DNA of 64,000 bases, taken from Sarea resinae (lineage: Eukaryota). The stretch covers positions 1 to 64,000 of the forward strand of contig JAPEUD010000099.1 in the NCBI GenBank assembly GCA_026026165.1, written 5' to 3'. Position numbers and translations under genes: made by a program. Positions 11,277 through 26,295 of this stretch are shown here, piece by piece; position 1 is the stretch's first letter; each line of letters opens with the position of its first letter. The notes beneath the pieces were generated by a model. The model did not search any database and was not told the DNA's origin. It saw only the letters and a program-made list of their open reading frames with translations.

Positions 11277-13537
11277 TTTGAGGGCTCTTGTTTCGCAATG
11301 GCTTTGACGTCGAGGCTAATATGAACAGGAACAATCATGAATGGGCTGCTGAAGGTGTCACCGTTCACATGTATCCGCGTCGACGACCACCACATCTAAG
11401 CCGCCAACCGCCACCTACGAAACTTTTCACCTACTCGTATATCGCCGACGGAACATCCAGCATATCAATTATAAACACGTTGCGTTGCGGTCACAACGTT
11501 CAAGCTCACCCTCACCTCTACTCCAGATCTTCTCTATCTCCAGTGCTGATCCATTTCAGCCCTGTGCCATCTCCAACTCTCACTTGAACCACTCGTCTAC
11601 GCCTAACATGAGTGGGAGCAGCACCACGGCTCTTCGAGTCATATCAGACAGCTCTTTGGAGATATCAAGAGCGAGAGAGGACGATGTCCCTCTCAGAGAT
11701 GGAGTGCATGCCATCTCGAACAGTTCCTATCGATCCTTGTCGTCTATAGACAGCCAGGAAACAGTGTTCATTCTGATGAGAGCAACAGTTTACCGACCCT
11801 GGTGTTTCTAGAACCCCGTCACACAACAGCGCGAGAGGTGTGGGGTCACTACCAGAGAGGACTGATCGAAACACCGTGGCGGGCCAGTGTTATGCGTTCC
11901 TTCAAGCAACGTATTTTCTATTCTGTTCCAGCTAATCCGAGCGCAAAACAAGACAACAGCGAGTGTGTAGGCTATTATAGGGCTTCTAGGAACGGATGAT
12001 GTTTCTAAAGCACCAAAAAAAGAAGACAAACAGCGAGTGTTAAGGAGTGGACGTTACACATAATGTCACTCAGATTTGAGTTCTTGCTAAGTTTGGACAG
12101 AATCATTACCGCCACAGCACCGGTTACATCCGCAGCACTGGGACCATATCAAAGGGCAGTGCAACAACGCAGTTCTCTTGGCGCAGACCAGCATTTGTCT
12201 TCAACGTTATCTGCCGGATCACGCAACAAAACTCTGTCTGTTAGCACCTTCAAGCCCGCACTGGCCATTGCAAATGCCGCAGAGTCCCTGTAAGGTCCAG
12301 TGAATAGGCAAACGGTAAATAGGCAAACCTGTTCCCACGTGAGCCAAAAAGACTACTATAACCCAGCTAGTCCGGGTTATGCTTATTTGCCTACTATAGC
12401 GCAATGCTCCTCACAGACCCACGCCCTCAGAATTGGATGCACATACGCTCCTCTATAAGGGCTCGTCTATGGCGAGACTCCAGAAAGTGTTCGAAGCAGA
12501 CGGTACGCTGGACTTTGTGCCATTGGGCAGCACCCTTCCCCCTGGCTGCTTCGACAGGACTGTGCGTGGACTGTAGTTTACGAAGATCCGTACTGTAGCT
12601 TGGCAATACGCGCAATGGGGACGAGATCTTACCCGCGCGCATGTCATTAGGTATTCGCGCGATCCCTCTGTAGCTCTGGCCTGCTAAGCGCGCTTCAACG
12701 ATTAGGCTCCTTTGGTGCGGCGATATTCAAACTTAAGAAGCTCAGTGGTCCAGATGGTCCAAATACTAGTAGCCTTGTTAAATGGTGTAACGAGTCTGTC
12801 AACAGTAAGAGACAGAGTGCCTATTGGTCGTAGTAGGCACGCAGTATCTCATCCGATAGGGCTGCTCGATGAAATGGCTTGAACCCTTGCTATTGGACGA
12901 CCCAGACAGAGCCAGAGACGTACCGGGGTGGCTTGGGTAAGGTAGGTGCTCGCTGAAGCCAAGTCCTTTTATCCTATCCCCTTTAGCCGCCATCCATTTG
13001 CGACGTTCGACGATGAATGTTCCGAGACTATTTCGTACAACACCGAGGTCCACAACCCTCGAAGTACTGGCAGATGGAGATTGGAATCATGTTGACATGG
13101 ACGACCTGTGTTGCGGATTGCAGTCTGGCGTCAAGTCGCATCGCAGATCCTGTGCCGATTTTTCAGTCACAGAATAGCTCATTGATTTTGTATGGAAACC
13201 TTGTGAACTCTTTGCCTTCGATCCCGTTCCAAGCAAGTCGTCTCGAATGCCTTGCTCGAGTAATTCTTCTCTAGCTCGGAAAGAATCAAGGGCCAAGGCT
13301 CTACTCGCTGTTTTATACCTCTGTACCTCCTCTTTATCCATAGTCCAGCAGATCAAGAGCGCTCCTTTTTCGGTCCTCAAAAACGCGAACTCTGCCTCCA
13401 CTTGATGTGACAGACGCGTTCTCACTGATTGATATATCAGCAGACGATCACAGCTTCTTCCAAGTTCTGACACGCTGTCAACACCTTGATGATCCATACT
13501 TGAATCTACCCGTAATGACGATAATGACTCTTCTTAG

Positions 13538-14724
13538 ATGGTTCGACTTCTACATCGGCGCCTTCGTTCTTCCCGGGCTCCAACAGACCACTTGACTCTT
13601 CAACACTCAACGGAGAGACCTTCCGTGCCGTCCGTCGCCCAGACAGCGCGGGATGGGGCCGCTATGCTCCCCATTATCATGATTCCACCCGACGGCCGAG
13701 ATATCCGGAACCCCTATGTTGAGCCTCATCACGGAAGCGTCGACCACGATTGCCACGCTGGTGAGGATCACGGATGTGTATGTCGTGCTAACCTTGTCGA
13801 CTAAGAAGTCAGTGGTGGCCTCGAGTACTGCTGTCTCGACGACGACGGCAATCACACAGCTATCGTCAAATGCATCCTCGGACATAATCACATCGAGAAC
13901 AACGGTAACGACTCTCTCTAGCACGGTCCTTTTCTCCCTCCTATCATCAACGCTCTGCTACCTCAACAGCCGCCACCGCAGACGGCGCCAGTTGGCCACT
14001 TGCACCACCCCGGTTCCCCTCTTCCATTGTACTCGGAAAATCCCTCGAAGCCGATTAGCCTTGGACTTCTTCTCCCTGAGCAGGGTCCATCGTCCCCATC
14101 AGAAGGCTCGAGTGATATCCCCCATGCCGGCAACAGGCCCGGTAGTGGTGGCAGTGAAGCGGCATACCGAGAAACGACCTCTCTGCTCGGAGAACGGCTG
14201 TATCGGCTCCGAAGCACGAACCACAGGATCCCACCAGCATCACCAGCTGCTTTCCAGCCATACGAAGAGGGGCAAGCATATCCATTATGCCGCCACAAGC
14301 ACGCGCTGTCACATTAGCAGCAGCGTCAAAGACCCCACCCAACTCGGCTGCTCCGAACCCCTTGGTCCTCAAAACCCTCTCCTCCAGAGCTGGCTCTTTG
14401 GCTCACACCCTGTCAAACACAAACAGCCAGTATCTCACCAGACCCTGACCTCCTGGCTGGAAATTGTACACACGCTCATCACGAGCCCCGCGGGCCCCAG
14501 CAATAGTGCCGCGATTGGCTGTTTCCAAAACAAAGCCCAAAAGGAGAGGGGTTAAACGTTCGACGAGACCGATAACAGACGTGCAGAATCTGGAGGCACT
14601 TTCACAGACAGTGCGGCCAGCTCGACCAAGGGCGATGGCGATGGTGGTGGCGGCAAAATTCACGGCAGAATCCGCATTAACAACGACGCCAACTCAGGGA
14701 AAAGCCAGTCCTCAATCCCTCTGA
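13538..14724 (+). pseudogene. Probable decayed gene for a Ser/Thr-rich single-pass membrane protein
   Basis: An S/T-rich stretch, a hydrophobic segment (VLFSLLSSTLCYL) and a basic stop-transfer (RHRRRR) lie in ORF 13716-14555. A Pro/Ser-rich tail continues in another frame (ORF 14000-14317). No clean start or splice model was found. Confidence 0.3.
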
Positions 14725-15240
14725 AGCACGCGAGAAGAAGAAGAAGCAGCCGGCGCGGCCCAAAATCCAGACCGTGACATCTGCCTTCGAGGACAAGATG
14801 TGGGCTGTTTGAAGGCCTGGAGCATTGGAACCAAAAAGGTTGAATCTGTGCTTCCATCTAGCACTTCCATAGAACGAAGAAGCACGGAGAACAAAGACAC
14901 GATGGTCTAGACGTGTTTATAGGTGAGTAAGGACATGGCATGCGGTCAGTAGGGATAGGGGGCGGGAAGGCATTGTAGGCACGACGAAAGTCTGAACACA
15001 ACCTTGTGCTCGTATAGGCCCAGAGCCGTGCTCGCACTTTTGTCATGTCGCAACAGGAGGTGTTTTCGCGTAATTATTTAGCGACAAATTGCTATGACTG
15101 TAGGACCGTTGCATGCAAGCAAACATGTCTAGTATTTATTTACCCCTACAATTACAAGATCGTTCAGAAGAGAGCAAAAGTAGAGAATGAACAGGAATAG
15201 AGCTCTTGCGTTTGCGTTCGCGTTCACTTTGTGATATCAT

Positions 15241-15270
15241 ATGTATATATATATATAGATATATATATAT
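15241..15270. repeat. (AT)n microsatellite, interrupted
   Basis: atgtatatatatatatagatatatatatat. Confidence 0.85.
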
Positions 15271-15714
15271 AACCTTCGTACTACTTTCAGCTTTGTACAC
15301 TGTATGAATTCAGTTACTGTCATCGACTTCTATTCATGGCAACTGTGCTATTTGGTTGGTACCTGATGGTTTTTGAGATTCTATCCTACCCTCTGTTATT
15401 GTTGCGAAACTTACTCCTATTATCATGCCCTGGCCTGGCCAGTCTGTTCTGAAATAGGGACTGACAAGATGAGACGAGACAATGGCGAATCAAGAAAAAT
15501 CTGGGAGCAGGATGCAGAATAGGCACCGCATTGTAGTGCATAGCACAGCAAAATCAAGTTACAGGAAAGAGCAGCTCACGTTATAGTCTTCGTTGATGAA
15601 TAGATAGATACCCCCGAGGTATGTAAGGAAAGAACAGAGGAGACACACACGCTCGATGGAGAAGGGGGACCGAAAGCGAGTAGGAATATAGAAGCGAAAA
15701 GAATTAGATTGTCT

Positions 15715-17969
15715 CTAGACGGGCAAAATCTCCTCATCTTCTTTGTCTTTCTCCTTTTCCTTCTCTTCCTCTTCCTTCTCTTCCGCTTTCTCTGTTTCTT
15801 TCGTATTCTCATTGTTGATTTCTGCTTTCGTGTCGGTGACTCCCTCACCACTACCTTCTTCCGCTTGATCACCACCAACACCACCACCGCCACCACTGTC
15901 CTTGTTATCCTCCTCTGTCCTTTCCTTCTCCGTGACCATGTCCGTGACCATGTCCGTCTCGATGACCTCGTTCTGGGCATGGATGGCCTTGTCGCTTTCC
16001 TCGGTTGGAGCAAGAGCAGGACCGGGAGTAGGAGTAAGGGCAGACGACGAGGTGGGCTCGGCTGATTTCTTGAGTTCTTCTGGTCCTGGTTCTCGGTCGT
16101 GTTCTACTTCTGCTTCGGGCTTGGGTTCGGGTACTTGGAGCCGCTCTTCTCTATGAGTTTCTGCTTCTTTTCCTCGTTCTTGTTCATGAGCTAATTCCGG
16201 GGCTGGTTCCGGGGCTAGTTCTGGAGCTGGTTCTATGGCGGGTCCAGGTGATACTGTTTCTGGGGCCGGGGCCGGGGCCGGAGCTGTTGATTCCTGCTCA
16301 TCGACCTCGGCACTATTTGTTGTGGCGGGACCAGAAAGACTCCTCTCAAGACTGTCAAGAATGTTTGGTTTTGCGGTGAGCAAGGCGGACTCAGTTGGTG
16401 GAATTGCATCCGGGGCATGAGCAGGGACGTCGGTAGAGACGGGCTGCTCTTCCGTGGGTGCATTAATGATGGGTTCGGAGGGTGCTGGAGCGGGCACGAC
16501 TGCTGCTGTAGGAAGCATCGGTGGTGACGGCTGAGGCTGAGGATTTGAGGCACCGGCATCTGCGGAGGAAGGGCCAGGATTGGGAGAGGATGCTATCGCT
16601 GGTGCTGGTGGATGTTGCTTGGAATCCGATATGGATTGCTCGGAGAGCTCGGGCTTGATCTCAATCGATTCCTGCACCGCTGCTTCAATATCAGCTGCAG
16701 GTTTCATGGCCGGCTGCTGTAGCGGTCCCCTTGCCGGTCCCGCTGACATCATAGGTTTCGGGGGTAATGAGAGGTCGAGGTGACTAGGAGGTGCGAGGGA
16801 AGGGGCCGTGGGAGGAGGTTTCGAAGGCGACTTAGATTGCGATGTAGAGCCATCCGGGTCCGGTGACGGTGACAATTCTCCCTCTTCTCTATCATCATCA
16901 TCACCCTCGCCTTCCTCTCCATCTTCATTCTCGTCTTCCTCATCTTCACCATCCTGTAGAATTGAGTCGTCTGCCATCTCAGTATCATCGTCACCCGCTG
17001 GCGTTTCTTTGCCGGAAGAGTCTTCTTTCTTAAGATGTTCGGCACCGCTAGCACTAATATTCTTTCCAGCACCGCCTCCAGGTGCACTTTGAGCCCCGAG
17101 TGCCGTTGTATTTGTGCCTTCACCAGCAGGGGCGAATTGAACCTTCTTTCTGCCGCGCCCAGGACCCTTCTTAGCCTTTCTTCTCGGTGGCGGTGGTCTT
17201 CTCCTCGGCGGTGGCGTCGGCTGCACCGGATCGTCAGGAATAACGACTCCTTCTGAATTAACCACACCAACGCCCTCCACCACAGTGCCAGGAGCAGGCT
17301 TCTCTGCAGCCGGAATCTCCTCCAAGATTTCACCCTCGACAGTCTGACCCTCAGGCACGAGCACCTCGATGACATACGCATTCCCATCCGGGTCAGTCCT
17401 ACGCACCCGTGCACGTTTCAAGAATCCAGCATTCCCAGACACATCGGACGCGACAGGCTGCGAAGACAACCCCTTCCTTCTCTTGGCTAGATATTCTGGT
17501 TCCGGTCCCTCCAGGTTCCTCGGTACAAGACTCCATCTCTTAGCCACAAACCCCTTATCGGCCTCGCCATCATCGTCCTCGTCGGCCAGCTCTTTCTCCT
17601 CGTCGACCAGCGGCGTAGGAGGCTTATTCACGGTACCGGCTCGGGCTGCTTGCAGGAGAGCGCGGCTCATTGGGCTGAGAAGATGGGCCTCCTTTGGCAT
17701 GGGCAGTTCCGGCTGGAGATTGCGATGCGCATTCGACTCGTGCTTCGAAGGTGCGCCGACGGGCAAGGGCAAGCGGCGCCAATGGCGTACGGGGAGGCCT
17801 TCGAAGACATCATGGTCGATTTGGGTGGTGCGGCCGGATCGACTTGAGCGGCCACCTGCACGGTACTGCAAGATAGCATTGTTAGGACCATATGTGTGCA
17901 AACGCCGTGCCTAGTTTGCATGCTCGGCACGGGGATAGCTTCAGAGCTCATGTTACGTGCAGGAGGCAT
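15715..17969 (-). CDS. Conserved Pezizomycotina hypothetical protein with a long acidic/Pro-rich tail; short first exon MPPA, then an intron
   Basis: 728-aa ORF with a conserved-looking N-terminus (DHDVFEGLPVRHWRR, ELPMPKEAHLLSPMSRALLQAARAG, EPEYLAKRRKGL, KKGPGRGRKK). An upstream ATG at 17969 is followed by GTAACA...CTAAC...CAG. Confidence 0.8.
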
Positions 17970-18425
17970 GACATACTGGAGCCATTGCGAACGGACAGTC
18001 GTCCAACAAAAACTTCACGCAATTGTCGGTTTCCTCCTTGAAGATCAATTGAATGAGAGATGAAGGTAAACTCGCGATGAAATGCAATATCTGTTACTAT
18101 CTTTGGCGTTGGCTGGAGACTCTCTTCACGATCCGGATACGCGATGCGATGCGACAAGTGAGCTTGGAAGGCCAAAGGTCGCTTAGTCATCATTCATCGG
18201 CTGTAGCTGGAGGAGTAAAGGACTCGTACTCCGTAGAGTAGAAGCCGCCTCGAAGAGCTTCTCCCTACGACAGACATCACCTTGATATTAAGTTTCCTTG
18301 AGCACTTCCAGGTATCTCGAGAGAAAGCAAGGTGAAAAAAAGGCATGAACATAGTTAACTTCGTTTGAAATAGACGACAACTTTTCCTATATATGACCGT
18401 TTCTATATGCCATAATAATGATAAT

Positions 18426-20591
<2,166 letters not shown>

Positions 20592-21421
20592 TCAATTACG
20601 AGCCAGAATGCCAGAGAACGGGGCTGGTGCGTAGAGCAGGTTCACAGGCCGCAATCGGAGCCGGGGGATGAAGAGTCGATAAGGTACCTCTTGCGAGATT
20701 GACTAGATGCTTGGAGCCTTGCAGGGGCGGGCGGGCGGGGTCAGAAAGCGCAGAAATGAAGATCAATATTGAGGTATCGCAATGGGGATGAGAATGCTAT
20801 TCGAGAGGGCGAATACGGGTGCTCAGAAGATTTTATGAGAATGGTTCGGACTGCAGGCTTCTTCTTGTGGACACGATTACTCCCTACGGAGATCCTCCAG
20901 ACTGCGTTTCGGCCGCGTCAAGAGTTACGAAAAGTCGGCACCTAAGTTCCTAGTGGGCTTGGCCGGTGTCATTACAGTTTCGCAAAGGTCACTAGGCCCC
21001 ACATATAATAATCCGCAAAAGAAATATGGTAACTGTTCATTATTGCTGTGCTCGCAATTTCGAAGTCTCATGTTTTATTGTAACAAAGGAAATTGCGAGA
21101 TGATTCGTTGACTGTCGCGTTCAAATGTAGTACAAATACATCCATGGATGCTTCTGTCACTGCCGCACCTAACGCACTCGGGCTTACAGTCGATCCCAAT
21201 ATGGCTGTAACAATTACAAATGTCCTTTGACCGCGAGGTGACCCGGAAGTTCTAGTTCGAGATTTCATCGGACTTCTATTTACAAAAGATGAGATTTATG
21301 ATACGCCCCAAACACCATGCTCAATTTTCAACCATGGCCCAAATGTCGTGACGCCAGAGGTATGCCCCATGATGATGCTCGTAGAAATGGAGGGAAACAA
21401 AACAAGTGCAAAAAGTCTAGG

Positions 21422-22451
21422 CTATGCCTCGATTTTCAGACCCGATCCTAGAGCATCTTGAACCGCCTGCTCCTGGGTTTTAAGCTCCTGCTCCTTCAGA
21501 AATTGAGCGTACTTCGAGCGCGAGTTGTGAATACCACACTCCTCCTTCTTCCGGCCCTTCCAGCGACCAGCTCGTTCATCTTCGCCTTCTTTTATTGGTC
21601 TGACATGTCGTTAGAAAATGAGAAATATTGATTGAAGGAGGATCACTTACGAAGTGGAATGCCAGTCCCCTACACTCTTGTAGCCCCTATCAAGAAGCTC
21701 ATTGTACGGAACGTTGTATGCCCTGATGTAGTCCTGAACCTGCTTGAAGCTCCAATTGGCAAGCGGGTTCACTTTGATCAAGCCTGCTTCGTCGACTTCG
21801 ATGATGTCCAGATCTCCACGCTTCCCTCCTTGACTTCTTCTTCGGCCCGTCAACACAGCACTGACCTGCAGGTCAGAGTAGGCCCTCTGTGCAGGTTCGA
21901 CCTTGGCCACCCAGTCATAGAGCTCCTCATTCTTCTCCCATAACCTCTCGCCGTGCTTCTCGGCGAATTCTCTAGCGTTCTCCACGCCTTGCGGCTTGTA
22001 GATGTGCAAATTCGTATGTGGATATCGCTTTTGGACACGGTCAACGAGAGCCAGGGTCTCATCAAAATGATGTAAGGTGTCCAAGAATATCAGATCGACG
22101 CGAGAGGACCATGGGGATTGAAGTCGAGACAGCATATCCACAGTCACGAGACCAGTCAGGCCGAATGCAGTTGTCTGGTACAAGGATGGCAAAGTGGTGA
22201 TGCACCATCTCAGTACATCTGTTCGGATTATCAGTTGATGATCTGGACATAGTATATCATGGCGCAGATGCTGCTTGAGGGATCTCACCTTCTGGCTCAA
22301 GGTTTTGCAATTGCTGGTTGAGAAACTTTAGATGCGGCTTCGTGAAGGAAACTTCCGGGATATTAGATTCGCTCGAGCAGCCACTGGCATAACCAGATTC
22401 AACATCTCTGGTAGACATGGTTTCGCTTTCGTATTCCTGTGAGACACCCAT
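21422..22451 (-). CDS. MET16: Phosphoadenosine phosphosulfate (PAPS) reductase, 3 exons
   Basis: YQTTAFGLTGLV, LIFLDTLHHFDET, LYDWVAKVEP, VLTGRRRSQG, KVNPLANW, YNELLDRGYKSVGDWHST, and a last exon with ERAGRWKG..ECGIH. Confidence 0.96.
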
Positions 22452-23303
22452 ATTGATTGTGATAGTGAGGATAGAGAACAATCAAATAGTAGAAGACGAT
22501 GATCGATATATGAAGGCTGCTAGCCTAGGGAATCGATGGTGACTGCTTTACAGAGCAAAGAAACCTCCCAATGGATGACAGGTCTTGGAGGTGGAAGAGC
22601 ATACAGCAAGCCGAGCAAGGAGACAAGGAGACAGAGTGGATGTTCATCATGACGACTGCGATAAACCCGAAGATATATGATTATCAGGCACGGCCTACCG
22701 CCATCATGATTGGCAATTATGGCATTAGCAATCAGCATTATGGCATCTTTTGGTGTATTGGTTTGTTTAGTGGTCTTCTGCAATTTTCGCGTGCGATTGC
22801 GTGCTCGCCATAGATCCGATCTCGCCATGACCTAACGTACTCTGGAGTAGGTACTACAGTACTTCTCTGCCCTACTGGAGCCAGAGCGTGCCTCCGGGTA
22901 GTCGATCAGGGACTAAGGCCTGAACAGGTATGACCTCATTCATCTCTCTTCGCTGTCCCCTCGATCCCGCTGCGGGACATTCGTGCGCCCGCAGCTGTCC
23001 GTCCGCATCTCGCCGCACCTCCTGTCCTTGTCCGTCCGCGGTGCCTGAAAGGACTCCCTTCTTCATTGGTGGACGATGGGCGGCGATGGTCGCTAATGCG
23101 ACGCTGACCTTGTTGAGGTAAGATAGCCGAGAATGGTGATGCCATAACCCCTCCTTCGCTTGTGATAGGCGCAGATGCCGTGACACTCGAGTACGTGACT
23201 GATCAGAAGTATCCGCGTACCCGCGCACCCGCGCCGAGGGAGAAGTGAGGGAACGGAGGAGCTGAGAGAGTCTTCATAGCGACTAGCCACCGCCCTCTGC
23301 CAG

Positions 23304-25725
23304 TCACTGTCTTTCCACAGATAGCGATGGTCCACCCTCCAGAATAGAGCACGCCTCCCCTGCAGCATCTCGAATATCAGACTTGTCCGCGGCAGTCATC
23401 GACCCAGCTTTGGCGGCATCCTTCATCTTCTCGAGCCACGTATACTGCTCGGAATCAATCAGTCCCCGAAGCTGTTTCAGCAGTCTCGGCGCATATTTCC
23501 CCGTTGCATAGATCAGCCCCGGTAGAAGTTTGGCGAAAAGAACCAATATGAGTATCAAAAAGAGCCGTGGTCCCTCCTCGTCCTTCCTCATACCCTTGAC
23601 CATCTCTTGAACTTGAACCAGTTTCCTCTCAGACAGCGTCCCTGCGTCGAGGAGAGAAATCTTTTGCTGGTTGGCAAAAGCGTCCATAGCTTCTACCAAT
23701 GGACTAGATATCTCTATTCGCTTTCGAGCATCCCCCTTGAAAGATGCCAAGAAAGCCCGTAGTATGTCGACGTTCCGTTTTGTGGCCTTGCCCCGAATGA
23801 TACTCTTGCTCTCAGCGCGTCTCAACGTGTCCGGAATGACTTCATCGGCCATATAATCTTGCAACAAAGTAATCAATTCGCGTCGTATTTTCTCGTTCTC
23901 GATAGAACGAACTCCAATTTGATAGAGTTCGAATCTTGTCAAGACTTTCTCCCGCCACAACGAAGCCAATTGGTCGTTGCTTTTGAATTGCAGCTGTCTC
24001 ATCTCTTCTTTGAAGGCCTTTTCTGCTTCAGGCCTCATATCATCGCCGAGGAGATGCGAGGCAGTGGACTGGCTGAGTCCGACGTGCTCTTTCCTCTCTG
24101 CCTCGATGATGGAGGCCCAGGAGAATCTGGCTTCGAGCTGGTTTTCCCAGACATCTCGCGCTTGGAGACGTGCTTTAAGCTTTATGGATTTCGCAATGCT
24201 TGCTTTGAAGTTTGACTGGACGAAGCTGTCTTCAACTATCTCGATCGATTCTCTGTCTTCGTCATCTGTCTCATACAAATTCTCAAGAGCTAATCTTTGT
24301 AGCTGCTGATATTCTGCTGCTGATAAAAGTAGCTTGAATTCCTGTTCTCATCAGTTTACATGCTCGGTTGAAGATCCAAGCTCTGCGCTATGAGCAACTG
24401 CTCGGTATAATTGAAGTTTTTTTTTCCGGTGAAAGGGGGGTGGTGATAGGGATGACTCACATCAAGACTTGCGTATCCACCTTCGTCGAGCTTTCCCCGG
24501 ACCACTTTCATGACCTCATCAAAGTGCACTCTCGATATGACCTTTTTCATAAATATAATTGCTTGATTGTTTGAATGTCGAAGCACATATTCTCGCTGCT
24601 CTTCACTGCTTGAGAAAAGATTCCCATGCTCAGAAAAGTCCAGAGAAGCTACTTCACCCGTTCGTAGCTTATTCATGAGGTCTTCTCTTTCTTTTTGAAG
24701 GAAAACGGCTGGTAGAAACTCTACGTCTCCATTCCACGGTCTCAAATTTCCATTAAGACCCCTGATCTTAGCATGGACAAGTCGTTCCACTATTTCTTCA
24801 AGTAGCTTTGCTGGTGGTGATCCAGTAAAAGATGAGGGTTTGAGCAATTGTGGCCTAGGCGCGCTCTATTAGCATAAGATCTTGTCTGTAGTCACGTTAC
24901 ATCTACTCACTCTTGCAAATCCTCTAAGGAATTCAGAATTTCGCTCTCGAGCTTCTCCTGGTATTGCTTTGAATAGATGTATTCAATCCCACTAACTCTG
25001 TCGATTATGAGTAGATCCCCTTCGCTGATAGCTTCAGACACGTCTCGACGAGCATTACTATCTTCGAAAAGTGTCTTGAATACATTCTCGGAGATGTTAC
25101 AGTTGTTGCAAAACTGTCCTAGAAGTACCGGTCCTTGTCTTGCTTGTTCGTACAGTTGCTTCAAAAGATTATCGTATCCATGCCTATAAGATATCGGCTC
25201 AGCAAAATGGTCAGGCTTGTAGTGTTTTAGACTTTGTATGAAACCCCCCTGCCTCATTTCCCTCCTTTTTTTAAGACACAATTCAATCAGCATTCTAGTT
25301 AAGAAATGATATGATTACCTTGTTATCACCGTGTCTTGGCCATCAAGGATAGAATAATGAGGCTCAGTGTCGTCCTTCAGAATGTCTCGCACGATATCAT
25401 CACCAAGATCCACTTCTTTCGCGATAGACGATATAGACCACCTATCTGGTCCTAGAAGCGAGTAAGTAGAGACAAAGTGCGGCCATTTTCGCAAATCCAA
25501 TTGAGCCCAAGATTTGTCATGTATCCTTCGCATATGAATCAAGAAAACAAAAACAAATGACTTACCAGACTCGAGCAGAGCTAATATTCTTCGATGGGCA
25601 TCTTGAGTCCTTAGGAGACCCGATCTTGAACGCAAGGATAGGAGCACAGGCTGCCCAGAACGATCTGAAGGCAGTGATGCAGAGAATTGATCAAATAGCA
25701 ATCGGGTATCCTCTTCTGAAAACAT
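23304..25725 (-). CDS. UFL1-like (E3 UFM1-protein ligase 1 family) protein, ~5 exons
   Basis: Four minus-strand ORFs are linked by introns. Blocks resemble metazoan UFL1 in order: RWSISSIAKEVDL..TVITR..YDNLLKQLYEQARQGPV; FLPAVFLQKERE; FDEVMKVVRGKLDEGGY; C-terminal PRLFLILILVLFAK..LIYATGKYAPRLLKQL..IDSEQY. The gene itself is fairly secure; the family call is from recalled similarity. Confidence 0.65.
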
Positions 25726-26295
25726 AGGACGCTTTTGATCTTGCTTCTGTACTTTTGAGCCAATTAAAGGGAGCGAACGAAGAAAAGATGGTTTCATATC
25801 AATGTCCATGATGCCAAAACTGAGGGAGAAACAATAGACGTGAAGTGGGCAGACGTCTTCCAACGTTGGTCCCAGTAATGACAGATAAATAAAATGGCTG
25901 GTTCGTTTGCTAAGGTAAGCCCTTCACTGTGAATTAAAGTTGAAAGTAAAATGTGCTGCTAATTTATGTGGACATTTTCTTCCATGATCCACAGATCCAT
26001 GGATACAGCTTCGATGGGAAGTTATGAAGTAAAAGGTAAAAGCTGCGCTAGTGACCACCAAAGGCCGCCGTAGTAGCTGCGGTTGCCCTAGATCTTTGCC
26101 TCAGTATACTCAGACCTCGCTTGGCAGGTGGTCCGCTGCGCACGGACCACTATTGCCTAAATAGGCAATCCACCAGCCAGAGGTCTGAGGCAATTTCTCT
26201 AATTTTCTACGTCAGCAGCGGCTAATTTGTATAGAGTCAGCAATTATCAGCAAGCATTAATTTCAAACTATAAGATATCTGCAACTACAACGCCT

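Noticed and set aside
6300..15100. Starship element
   Set aside because: No DUF3435 captain or other recombinase ORF and no bounding direct repeats were recognised in this window.
15576..17914. Multiple overlapping or antisense ORFs, including a hydrophobic 118-aa ORF
   Set aside because: Shadows of the low-complexity 728-aa minus-strand gene.
22929..23145. CYS3/MetR sites (ATGRYRYCAT) upstream of MET16
   Set aside because: Only 9/10 matches were seen (ATGACCTCAT, GTGATGCCAT), which could arise by chance without conservation data.
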